This document shows positions 20,837 to 38,170 of a stretch of DNA of 64,000 nt, piece after piece. The position numbers and the translations under genes were made by a program. Below the pieces are notes generated by a model. That model made no database searches. It was not told the DNA's origin and saw only the letters and a program-made list of their open reading frames with translations. Numbering within the stretch: position 1 is the first letter of the stretch; each line of letters opens with the position of its first letter. The DNA is from Chrysomallon squamiferum (taxonomy: Eukaryota > Animalia > Mollusca): positions 1 to 64,000 of the forward strand of contig CM022677.1 of assembly GCA_012295275.1 (NCBI GenBank), read 5' to 3'.

Positions 20837-21277
20837 TAAGTTGATACGTTACATTTTACTTATTTTCTTTGTGTTTTTTCCATCTTCCAGTTTCTTATTT
20901 AGCCTTCGTCTTTAAATAATTTATTATTTGTATTTTTACTTTACTTCATTCGTCTTCGTTTTGATTTGTTTTGTTCTATTTTTCTCTTCTTTTCTTTTAG
21001 TTTTTTCTTCCTCTTTCTTGTTTAGTCTTCATCTGTTAGCTAGTATTAATCGTTACTCTTATATTCATATGGTTCCTAATTATTCATTTATTTATGTCAG
21101 TATTATCATTATTAAATACAAATAATAGAAACATACATTTTCCACAAGTGTATATAACACACACACATACACAAATGCATGTAAACGTATATATTATGTA
21201 CAAGTGATGCGTTGTTTAGAGGCCGTCTTATCGGATATACATAATAATAATAATACTAATACTAATAATACTAATAA

Positions 21278-21357
<80 letters not shown>

Positions 21358-21361
21358 CAAA

Positions 21362-21396
<35 letters not shown>

Positions 21397-21814
21397 ATGT
21401 TTCTACAACTGAACGTAGCGGACTCATGTGGCGTTATAGAGATCACACTGACGCACTAAGACAAGATCGTATGGTAGTCAAGTACAGTAACTATATAACC
21501 GTGTTTCGATAGATACAATAAATAACTATGATGCTAGTTTATGTAATGTGGCTGTTGTAGTACACAGTATTTTTGAATAATTCACTTACTTAAAAAAATA
21601 GCAATACACTACTGCAAATACACAAATATAATTCATTTGTTTTGTTCTGACAACGTTGAACTGTTTACGTCACGTTTCTAAGAACGTATCCAGGATGTTA
21701 AGCAAGGCGTGACAGTTATGGAAATGAACGATGTCGTTTTTATTTATATTTTCTTACTTCCAGGTTGACGATGAATCTCCTGATGAGGAAACAGAAACTT
21801 CAACAAATGTATGC

Positions 21815-21858
<44 letters not shown>

Positions 21859-22986
21859 GAAATAGGAAACTGAGAAGTTGAATGTTCAAGTTGTTGCTTT
21901 GTTTTACAAGTGATAGTTTCCTCAGACACTCGATTTGAAATATCTAGCGAGTGTCTCTCTGTGTTTTGTGTGTGTGTGTGGGTGTGTCAGAGAGAGAATA
22001 CGTGTGTTTTGGTATATATGTGACTGTGTCTGTGTATTTATATGGATGTATGTAAAGGGATATGTCTCATTCTGTGTGTATGTGTGTGTGTATGTGTGTC
22101 CCTGTATGTGTGTGTTTGTGCGAGTGTGTGTATGCGAGTAAAAATGTTGTGAATATATTTTGTTTCCCTCTATGGGTGTATTGAATAGCAATGTTTATTT
22201 AAAAGTCTTTATAATTGTTTCTACATTATATAATTTATCCTTATGAATTTATATATCTGATAGTATAATCTTATATGTTTGTATAGTAACTATTTTTATA
22301 GTTGATGTATATTTGTAAATATTTTCTTTCACTGTACAGGATATTATTACTGTTTATATTTAATGATAGTGTACCACATTGATTACCAAGTTTTATATTA
22401 ATAGGGAAATAGGTTTCTTATTAAAATATGCAAATTTGATGATTCACACTTATAATGTAAATATTCTGCACGTATCTGCATGTTTTGAAACAATCTCTCT
22501 GTCAGTTTCATATTAAAAATATTCAGTTATTTTATAAACATATTGTTTCTCATTAAACATTATTTTAATTATACTTTCCTGTGTTTCTCTTTAAAAACGT
22601 GATGTTCTGTCTGTGTCATATAAATACACATAACAGTTAATGCATTATTCAGATAACTGTCACTATGTGTTATTCTCTCTCTCTGTGTATCTGCCTATAT
22701 CTCTGTTTTTTCCGTCTCTCTATCTGTCTCTGTGTTGACTTCTTTATATATCTTTGTATTTATGTGTATATCACTTAAACTATCAATAATTCAGTCATTT
22801 AATATACATATTTGTTTGACGGGCGGTGTATCTACATATTTGTTTGACGGGCGGTGTATCTACTTATGTATCTCTCAAACTGTTTCAGATATCTCTCTAT
22901 CTGTTTCAGAGTTTACTTTTGTTCGTGTTTCTGTCTGTCGCGTCTTCTGAGTTGGCTGATACAAGACAAATATTACAAAGCATCAA

Positions 22987-23064
<78 letters not shown>

Positions 23065-24971
23065 CCAACAATAATAAATAATAATCAAACAAACAAGTAA
23101 ACATACAAATAAATAAATAATGAATAAATAAATAAATAACATATTTAAACCAACAAACAACAGCTATATAAACAAACACAACAGTTGAAAATATTTGTGT
23201 CTTGTTCAGAGAGCAGATTACAAATTATTTTAACTATCCCAACCACTTCAAAGCCATCAGAATAACGTATATTTTCGGCAACAACAACAACAACGATGAT
23301 AAAGATGATATACAAAAGGAGTGAAATAAAAAAATGATTAAACAAATAAACAATAATATAGACGGAATGAATGATCTAATCGTGTTTGTTATCTGTCTGT
23401 AAATAAGTTAATAAGTAAGTAAATAAAAACTAAATAAATAAATAAATAAACAAAACAAAATAAAATAAAATAAAATACAAATATTGCAAATATAGCTTTC
23501 CAAAATATAATTAATAATCCATTTTTAAAGTAATTTGTTTTAATTTTCCTCGGGCACTAATGCAACTGTCTCTCTCTAAATATAATCCAAATTTCTGTTC
23601 TCCCTTTGACTTTCATTTTCATCTTTTTGTCGCTGTTCTCATTTATTTTAAAACTATTTTAAACAGATCGAGTCTTGACTTTAATTACGCTCTCTCTGTT
23701 ATATTTACTGAACAACATTGTAAACGCGTCACCAGTTGATGGATAAGTACGCTAACGGCGTATACACTCTGCATAACAATAATAGCAATGATGATGATGA
23801 CGACGACAATAAGAACAACAAGAGCAGCAGCAGCAACAACAACAACAACAATAATAATAATAGTTACATAATGACATTTAAAACACTGTAAATGATCAGA
23901 CTGATGAATTGTTTTCGACAGATTAAAAAAACTGGAGGAAGTTGAAGGGTTCAGTTTTGCTTCTAAATATGGTGAACACAACAATCACAATTCACCAGCA
24001 GAGGATTTAGACTCAATTATAGGGGAGTATCACATTTAGAGTCTTGGTAAATCTAAACATGTCATATCAGAACACTGACAGGACAGTGTGGACGGAAATA
24101 ATCTAAAGCCATAATAATAATAATAATAACAACAATAACAATAAAAACAATAGTAGTAATAGTAGCTACAGTAGTAACAATAATGATGATGATGACGATG
24201 ATAATAATAATAATAATAGCAATAATAACAACAATAAGAGTTAGAAGAATATGTAGAAAGATAATAATAATAACAACAACAACAGCAATAGCACCGACAA
24301 CAAGAGAACAACAGAAATATCAAAACAATAACACATTTTTTGAAATTCATATTTTTCTCCCACTCTCCCTGGCATGCAAGTTGTTAGATCCGGTCCTAGT
24401 GTGTTCCTAGTTGTCTTCCTCTTTGTGTCATTGTTTTATTAGAAACAGCAGGAAAGTAGAGACATATCAGTGTTACACTGGCTGTACAGTAACATATCTA
24501 CATACAATACTTTGTTTCATGTGTTTTGCATTTTAAAAAAAATCTTTTTTTTAAATAATATTGTGATTGTTATTTGAGATAAAATGAATCACGTGATTAT
24601 CGTTTTTCTTTTAATGCTTCTTCCTCGTCATTCTTTAGCAGGTTAATAACACATCGTTTATTTATTACTAGTTGTAGTAATAATAGAAGTAATAGTAGTG
24701 TAGTAGTGTTAAAGAGAATAGTAGTATTAGTGGCAGTCGCACTAGTTTTAGACCAAGTAGCAGTTTTGATTATAATGACAGTAGCAGTAGTAGTAGAACT
24801 TTTAGTAGCAGTAACAGCGGCATTAGTAATGGTCATAGCAACATCATAAGTGTCGTGGTAGTAGAGGCAGCTGTTGTTGGTGTGGAAATTGTAGAACTAA
24901 TATGGTAGTAGTGGTTGTTGTATTTTTATAGTTCTACAACCTATTGTTGCCGGAGTAGTCGTAGAAGTAAT

Positions 24972-25042
<71 letters not shown>

Positions 25043-25742
25043 TTTCAGGTTAAACTGAACATGAGAGGAAAAGTAATATTATTATGTTAACATATATGTT
25101 TGAAAATGAATTTTCACGTCGACTTTCTCTGGCTTTCTTTCAATCTTTATTTCCAAAGAATCAACGCGAACGTCAAAATAATAAAATAAAATAAAATAAA
25201 AATGAAAATAAATAAATAAATTTAAAAAAATCATAGAACTATATTTGCTCGTGGGATCTTAACTCTTACATTGTTGTAACTGGACAGACGTAGGAATTGC
25301 ATTCTGTTCCTTAAAGATGAAATTATTTAAATATGTCTCGCACAGTTCTAGTTAGAGAGAAAAAATATATAATTTATATTTATTTATTTATCTATTTATT
25401 TATTTATTTATTTATTTATTGTAGTGAACTGTCATATCTGTATATTTTACGAAGATTATTTTGAAATTTTGCACTGTTATTCTGTGTTTCGTTGAGTTCT
25501 GGAAAGAGGAAATGAAGTTATCGTAGACTGGTGTTTAAGGATAATTTAACACAAGATATGTTAAAACGTTAGCTTGCATCTATAACTGAACATTCTCAGT
25601 GTTTTGATATTCTGTCGCATTTATCTGACAATGAGTTCAACGTCTGTAAACAATATAGTCCTTAGTTGTGGTTTTTTGTTTTCTAAAATACATTTCCTAT
25701 CGTACCTTTTGTAAATAAAATATTGATTACACTTTATTATTA

Positions 25743-25804
<62 letters not shown>

Positions 25805-25868
25805 TCACTGTATAACAGAGTATGAGGGGCTAAGTTCTTCTACGGATAAATTGTGCCACACCTTCTTC

Positions 25869-26068
25869 NNNNNNNNNNNNNNNNNNNNNNNNNNNNNNNN
25901 NNNNNNNNNNNNNNNNNNNNNNNNNNNNNNNNNNNNNNNNNNNNNNNNNNNNNNNNNNNNNNNNNNNNNNNNNNNNNNNNNNNNNNNNNNNNNNNNNNNN
26001 NNNNNNNNNNNNNNNNNNNNNNNNNNNNNNNNNNNNNNNNNNNNNNNNNNNNNNNNNNNNNNNNNNNN
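25869..26068. other. Assembly gap (200 N)
   Basis: Run of exactly 200 N, likely a fixed-size scaffold spacer. Confidence 1.
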
Positions 26069-27400
26069 TTCGCTTCTGCATGCTGGGATGTCGTTAAACA
26101 TTCATTCGTTGTTTGGAAAGATACATTTAGAAGAAGAAACGTGATGGAATCTTTCCAGTTCCATCCAGAACTTATTTTATAATTTTTTTAAAGAATTACT
26201 GTGATATTCTAAACATTATTTTATTTTTAATTTACATAATTTTTATATATAGCACAGATATCTGCATTTTTCACAGTTATTCATACTGTTTTTAACCGAT
26301 TTATAAAAACTATTATTTTCATACATATCATTAACGTACATATCATTAACGTTGGACATCCAACAGCCAACTATCTGTTGTTTTATTATGGTGATGGAGT
26401 TGATAAACATTCATTCTTTCATTCATTAATATTTCTCATCTTATGATTCCAGATTGCCCCAAGTACTTTCTTGTTTTAAATTACAACAGAACACTCTGCA
26501 GAGTACATTCTTTTCTCGTGTTCCTATCTTAGCAGTAAATCACTCGATTAGAAAGATGAGTCCATCACAGACACTTTGATTTTAACCTGTGTGAGAATTA
26601 GAAGTAACCAAAACACTTGATAAATGAAACACTGGACTAACTTAGTGTACTGCATCTGAGTGTTTCTATCTGTGTCTGTGTGTATGTGTGTTTGTATGTG
26701 TTTCTGTGAATCTATGTGCTTTTGTACATGTGTGTGAATATATGGGTGTTTTTGTGTGTTTGTGTTTTTTCCGTTTGCGAGTATGTGTGTGGGTACCTTT
26801 GTGTGTACATCTCTATTTGTCTGTGTATGTATATCTGCCTATGTTGTGTTTATGTTTGTCTTTGTGTTGGTGCTACCAAACATCTGTACATTTTTCTATA
26901 CTTGGAGTGGTAAGAAAACATCAGATATAAAAAAGAAAATTTAGCATAATTGAAACACTGCTTTATCTAACTAACAGTAATAAAATACTTATAAGGAAAT
27001 CTGCTGATTGGTATCATAACTTTATTTGTATGTGACTTGTCAGTACATATCACCATGTTTTGGGCATGTTACATATAAAGAGAAAAAAAAACCCACATAT
27101 TTGTTATTCTGTAACTGTGAAAAAAAAAAAAAAAAAAAAAAAAAAAACACATAAAAATCTACTATTCTGATACTACCAATAATAATAAAATTTAAAAACA
27201 AGACAATGAAATCTTGTGCTCTCTGTTTTATTATTCAATGAGTGCTATATTCTTATAAATACACACACACACACACACAGAGAGTCAAAAATCTAAACAA
27301 ATCTAATCACATTTTGACGTTTAAATATGATTTCATACACTTTTTAATCTTTGAATTAAATATTTAAATGAATAATAATAATAATAATAAAAATAAAAAA

Positions 27401-27436
<36 letters not shown>

Positions 27437-27576
27437 AAATAATAATAATAATAATAATAACAATAGTAATTATAAGAATTAATAAAGAAATCATTTCTTT
27501 TATCATAATTTTATACACTTGTTTATTGTTTTATTAAAATTAAAATAAATAATAGTTTAAAGAAATAAGAAGAATT

Positions 27577-31998
<4,422 letters not shown>

Positions 31999-32036
31999 GC
32001 CTAAAAGTAATAATAAAATAAATTATTAAACAAAAA

Positions 32037-32067
<31 letters not shown>

Positions 32068-32774
32068 ACATCTTTTATTTAACATATTACGCTAAAATTT
32101 CGTCACCATTCTGAGTCAGTTTGTTAAACAGACTATATTTCTAAATAAAATGATTACATTTTAGTTTTATGTTAAATTTTGTTAGCGATAATAGGGGTTT
32201 TGGGGATGAAAAATTAAAATTACTGCTATGATGAATTTACATCTAATATAATGATAGTTCTTTCGTTCAAGACAAATAAAAATAATAACAGTAAACAACA
32301 AAGAATATGTATGACTCTTTGTATGTCGTCAAAATAATCATTACTGATTTAAAAACTCACTTCTTTTGTTTCCAGTATGCCATTCCGATTTCTTTTTCCT
32401 TGAATTCCTCCTTAAACAATAGAGATTCATAGAAATAAAACAACATTGTTTTAATTTAAGACACAATGAAATGTGTTGCTTGTGTATTGCTGTGTATGTG
32501 TGCGTGCGTGTGCGTTTTGGCTTCTTAAACCTCGTATGCGCTTTCTGAGAAAATCAGAAATTACGCCACGTTAGCTCCTGTAAATTAACGATTCGACATT
32601 ACATTCTTTATAGCATTGTAAACAAAACGTCACCAATAACAGTCTGACGTCATTTATAGCTACAAGTTCGTTCAGTGATGTGGCAAACATTGATCAGTTT
32701 AGTAAAAACTGTCAAGAATTTTAAGCTAAGCCATTATTATAATAGAAAACAACAACAACAACAACAACAACAAC

Positions 32775-32807
<33 letters not shown>

Positions 32808-33252
32808 CATCATCATTAGAAACAAGTTAGCGTTGTAGTAACTTAAGACGCGAAAATATCGACATTTCATTCAGTAAAGTTTTCGTTCATAACTAATTAG
32901 TTCATGTTGATGTTCATGTTGTTACAGTATTTATACTATCTTTCTCTTGTCTAAGCAGTCTGGGTTCACATAACACATCTTCCCGTATTCCCTAGCAAAC
33001 CCTGGATGCGCTAACAGACACGCACACGCACACGCACATATACACGGGTAGTTACGTACAGAGACATAAGCAGATGGTGGGCAATTTACTGTGGGATTTT
33101 CATGCACACGTCACGTGTTTTCAGATATCTGTTGACACGACATTTGCTGTTTACCTGTAAGAAAATCTTTGATAACAGAAAAACCCGGAACATATTTATC
33201 AGAATATTACATCAGCTGTTAGGAAAATTTTCTAAAAAAAAAAAAAATAAAA

Positions 33253-33286
<34 letters not shown>

Positions 33287-33695
33287 TATGGAAGAAAGAA
33301 AGAAAGAAGAAAAGGTAAGTCCATCCTATTACAATTTTTTATTTTTTTTTAAAGTAATAGAATCAATTTGTTATTTTTTGAAGTTCTTAATTTCAATAAT
33401 TTATTTTTGTATTGTTAAAATCAATAAAGAAACAAACAAGAAACAAATTAATAAATAAATAAATATAAGCCAAAAAACAAAAATAGAATAAACAAATGCA
33501 GATAAATATTAACAGAATATAATCATCCATACTCGCGTACAAATACTGATATATTTATACATAAATATACAGGCACACTTATTAATTCGTATTTATTTAT
33601 TATTATTGATTTCGTTAATAAATACAAAAAAGAAACTTTTAACATGTAAAAAATGAGATAGAAATAAAGAAAGAGACAGAGAAACACAGACAAAC

Positions 33696-33810
<115 letters not shown>

Positions 33811-34238
33811 TGATTAATATCTGTCTGTACCCTTTTCCATCCGTTTTATTTTGTTCTTTTCAACAACAATATGAATGTATGTATGTGTGTGTATGTATGT
33901 ACGTATATATATATAACCTGTATGTACGTATATATATATATATATATTATTTATTGTTAGTATTATCATTATTATTACTATCATCATCGTCATCGTCATA
34001 ATCTTTATTTTATTTTATTTTATTTTTATTTTTTTTTTTTTTTATCTTTTTAAATTTTTATTCAGACAATGAACAAACAAAAAATAAAAATGAGCGTGAA
34101 GACGAACATATGTGGTGATAATAACAGTAAAAAAAAAAAAAAGTTTTGTTTTAAATATTTAACGTCTAAGATAACATTTACATGCGCCACGCACGTTCTC
34201 TGACACTTTCCAGTCTGCTGGTTCGGTTCCAGTCAGAA

Positions 34239-34490
34239 ATGGCGTCGTCTCGTCTCTTTCGTTTTCTTTGTGTCGTCGTTCTTTCAGTTGTGATTGATGG
34301 CGAACAAGACCTAACGCGTGAAGAGAAGCAGAAAGGTGACGACGTTGTGACTGCAGTCGTAGATCAGATCAGAGACAACTGCATCTTCTCTCAGGACAGA
34401 CTTTTCTTGCAGCGACTGGTTCTAGTTGAGTCCGATAATGGGGGAGATACAAAAACATACAGAAAAGGGTTTTACGGAGGAATTTGGCAG
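34239..34490 (+). CDS. Signal peptide + first half of N-terminal domain
   Basis: MASSRLFRFLCVVVLSVVIDG-EQDLTREE...RLVLVESDNGGDTKTYRKGFYGGIWQ|gtgaaa. Confidence 0.8.
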
Positions 34491-34625
34491 GTGAAACTTT
34501 ATTTATTTATTTATTTATTTATTTATGTATTTATTTATTAGTGAATTTTATAGAATACGATATAACTTTGTGAAAAATATATATACAAATATAAGAAGAA
34601 ATATACATAATGAAAGAAAAGGAAA

Positions 34626-34666
<41 letters not shown>

Positions 34667-34730
34667 CAATATAGTATCGATTATTTATTCTTATTTAATA
34701 AAAAAAATCAATTATTAAATATTTTTTGAG

Positions 34731-34983
34731 GTTGATGAATCAAAATTCAATGAAACTAATCACTGCCCGCCACCTGTTAGTGTGACGTGTGACAGAATTA
34801 TGACGTCACTCAACATAACATGGCAGCAGGTGAAGTGGAGTGATCTACTAAAACCGCTGTATTCTGGACTGAAGAGTGGGATCAGCATTCCCGGTGACGT
34901 CACAAGCCAAGCGTTGCCGTGGAAACGTATCTACAGCCCGAATGAGTCTGTCGATGTGTTTACACGAAAAGCCGATGTCAATG
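34731..34983 (+). CDS. Second half of N-terminal domain
   Basis: ttttgag|VDESKFNETNHC...ITWQQVKWSDLLKPLYSGL...IPGDVTSQALPWKRIY...ADVN|gttggt. Phase-compatible with both neighbouring exons. Confidence 0.75.
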
Positions 34984-35182
34984 GTTGGTCTTTCTTTCCA
35001 TATCTTTTATTTTAGTAAATAAAAAAATAAGTTAGTAAGTAGATAAAACCTGTGACGCTTAAGCTTTAATATTAAAACCCAGTCGTCCATTTGAAACGTT
35101 TACATCAAGTGAATATTAAAAACACGTTTCACACTGTCTGAGAAATGAGTCGCGGTATTGGCTGCCAGTGTTGTTATTATTA

Positions 35183-35266
<84 letters not shown>

Positions 35267-35556
35267 GTTATTGTTATTTATTTGTTTCATTTTTTTTCTC
35301 TTTCATATTTTTTTTTTTTTTTTAGATAGAATTTTTTAAATTGATATTCTTCTTCTTAAACTGTTTCTATATCTCTCTTTCCCTGTTTTCTCTGTCTACA
35401 TCCTTTTTTTTATATGTTCATTGTTGTTGTTCTTCTTTGTTCTTCTTTTTTTTTTTTTTTTTGGTATTTTTCTGTCTTTGTCATTGTTAAATAAAATTTG
35501 AGAGTATTTATTTATTTCTTTTATGAATTGTTCTTAAACCTCCCTCTCTCCCTCTG

Positions 35557-35740
<184 letters not shown>

Positions 35741-35745
35741 TCTTC

Positions 35746-35777
<32 letters not shown>

Positions 35778-35793
35778 GTTATTATTTTCACAG

Positions 35794-36074
35794 AGACTTG
35801 TAAGACAAATTTAGATTTAGTGTTTATTGTTGATGCGTCGGGCAGTATTGGTGCGCACAACTTTATACGTGTTCAAAACTTTCTCGTTGACGTTGTCCGA
35901 GGCCTCGACATCAGCGCCGACCACACCAGAGTAGCTACCGTCAGCTTCAGCAGTTCCCCGTATGTAGACTTCGACCTTTCAAAGTACAGGAACGTCAACG
36001 GTGTTGTCAATGGAATTAATAACGTGTATTACGACGGGGGAGGTACTAATACAGACACAGCAATCAAAAAATGA
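35794..36074 (+). CDS. von Willebrand factor A domain exon (truncated)
   Basis: cacag|ETCKTNLDLVFIVDASGSIG (MIDAS DxSxS)...TRVATVSFSS...FDL...YDGGGTNTDTAIKK*. Confidence 0.9.
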
Positions 36075-36142
36075 AATATTCGCAGAGAATCACGGAATCC
36101 GAAAAACTCGAAAAATGTTGCCCGGACGTTTAAATTATTTCC

Positions 36143-36482
36143 TTAAATGGTTTTATCAGTCTCAGACCGTAATTTTTTAATAATTTTTAAATGGAGTTAT
36201 CTCTCTTAGACCGTACATTTTTAAATAATTTCCTTATATGGAGTTATCTCTCTTTGACCGTACATTTTTAATAATTTCCTTAAATGGAGTTATCCCTCTT
36301 AGACCGTACATTTTTAATAATGTCCTTAAATGGAGTTATCTCTCTTAGACCGTAAATTTTAATAATTTCCTTAAATGGAGTTATCTCTCTTAGACCGTAG
36401 GATACAAAATATTTTCTTAATTAGAATTACCTCCCTTACATTGTAAAATGTATTAATTTCTCTAAATGGAGTTGTCTCCCAT
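36143..36482. repeat. 46-bp tandem array, ~7.5 copies
   Basis: Unit ttaaatggagttatctctcttagaccgtacatttttaataatttcc. Central copies are conserved and edge copies degenerate. Confidence 0.93.
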
Positions 36483-36546
36483 GCGTCGCAACAATCATAT
36501 AGAGTGGAACAGAACAACACTGTGCAGAATCTTGTAACATTGCAAA

Positions 36547-36552
36547 TTTATT
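36547..36552 (-). terminator. Polyadenylation signal AATAAA of the insert gene
   Basis: tttatt on the + strand, ~110 nt past the stop of the readthrough frame (36665). Confidence 0.55.
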
Positions 36553-36910
36553 AAACTTCAAAAAAAGGATAACACGAACAGAGAATAGATCTTAATAACG
36601 TATAATGTCTCCTGATTTCGTCATCGTTTGTACCACCAGTAGGTCAATAGGAGTGAATTTTTTCTCACTTTGGAACTGCTGTGAAAATATGTCGGTCGTA
36701 ACAAGTCAGTCGTTGTCGAATAGTCTGGTCTAAATTGAGAAAGAAAGAGACCAATGCGAAGCTGAGAAGGAAGAGAACTAATATGAAAAGACAGTAAACA
36801 AACGTCTCGAGAAAGTTCCAAGTGCACTTTCTGAGGATACACGTAGCTGATTGAACGTGGTTTGTGCAACATACGTCGACAGCGTTCTTTTCGTTCTTCT
36901 TCACGCCTAG

Positions 36911-37946
36911 TCAATCTTCATTCATCTGGAAAGAAGAAACGAAAAGTCTGTTAAAAAGAGGGACGTGTGAGTTCAAATGAAATGGAAATAAAAAGGTGAC
37001 GTCTGTGTTGTTGCGTTTCAGAAAACTGAAGGTAACTCACCGTTTCTTCCTCGTTCTTTCTCGACCCTTTTCGTTGTTTTACTTCCGTTTCCTGACTGCT
37101 TGGAAGAAAGTGCTGGAACGTGGTGACCTGTCCGTTCTTTATTTTCTCTGCCCGGTTGGCAGCAGCGGCGTCGCTCCCGGTGGTGTCTGCGGTGGCTGCA
37201 CCAGGACCGGAATGGAAACACTCCTCGCTCCAGTCCGCTACGACACCGTCCTCCGCGACCTCTTCAACCGCGACATCTCCGTCTTTTGGATTCGTCGCTA
37301 CCTCTTTCAGAACGAGAGTGAGATCGACGTCGCACGCTTCGTCGTCTTCGACTCTTCTCCAGCGGTAACCGATCTCCAGTGAGTTCGTACCGAGGGAGGA
37401 GTATCCTCTCTTCGTGTTCTTCACAAACTTCGTGTAGAAGAGAAGATTGCAGACTCTGCGGACGGTGAGTCGCAGACCGCACCTGCCTGCTTCTTTGCTC
37501 AGCGCCTGCAACTCTTTGTCTTCGTAGAGCCTCTTCCGGGCTGGAGCGGTGCAGACGATGTGCAGATTCGAGTACGTTGACCACACCCATGGGTCGTCGG
37601 TGCCTGTGTGCACCACGAGGTTGCTGTGTCGTTTGCCGTCGTCCGAGCCGACCCTGGGTCGGACGTTCGACGTCAGAAAGACCTTGGCTCTGTTCAGGAA
37701 TCGCCTGAGATCTACAGGAAGTTCTTCCAGGTGTTGCAGTTTCGTGCTCCACCTCAACACTGGAACGACGTTCAGGAGGTCTTTGGACACGTACTGAGCG
37801 AATGGGCGACCTTTGGAATCTGTGAAGTTGCAGTTCTTTTGCTTCACCATGACATTGAGATACCTGCGAGAAAACAATTGACCAAGGCGGGAATCTCTCG
37901 CGTGAATTCCCGTTCCAGGACTGACTATCAAACTGTAGTAAGGCAT
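36911..37946 (-). CDS. Insert gene: ~306-aa protein of unknown function (possible HUH/Rep-like fold + acidic tail), extendable to ~388 aa by readthrough to 36665
   Basis: ATG at 37946 (A at -3), open for 302 codons to a GTGAGT donor at 37040. A 115-nt intron ends ttttcgtttcttctttccag. Exon 2 from 36925 reads ATG AAT GAA GAT TGA CTA G. Confidence 0.7.
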
Positions 37947-38009
37947 CTTGCTTGTCTTCTCTCTCTTGCAGATTTCTAAAATCACGTCCTTCTTCTCCCG
38001 AAGACACTA

Positions 38010-38170
38010 CAATAATGAACGAAACTACTCCGTCCTAATTTTTTATATACTATTTTTTTTTTTTTACAGTCAGTCAGTGATTGGTCTCAGTGAGTCAATG
38101 TACCACATGTTACGAGAGCTACGTCACTTCCGGTTTGCAATCTCATGAAATTGTGGTGTGACGTCACGGC
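38010..38170 (-). promoter_or_regulatory. Compact Pol II promoter of the insert gene
   Basis: CRE palindrome GTGACGTCAC 38158-38167, ETS-CRE composite CCGGAAGTGACGT 38121-38133, AP-1 TGACTCA 38091-38097, CCAAT 38080-38084, TATATAAA 38042-38049, Inr-like TCATT 38014-38018. All are in the correct order and orientation for the ATG at 37946. Confidence 0.75.

Noticed and set aside
25743-26182. ORFs spanning the N run
   Set aside because: Artefacts of translating the assembly gap.
36996-37979. Plus-strand ORFs within the insert
   Set aside because: Antisense shadows of the GC-rich minus-strand gene. Promoter, splice and polyA signals all point to the minus strand.
37264-38007. 247-aa overlapping minus-strand ORF as a densovirus NS2-like overprinted gene
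   Set aside because: No ATG near its start, and GC-rich third positions in the main frame suppress stops in this frame. It cannot be supported without homologs.
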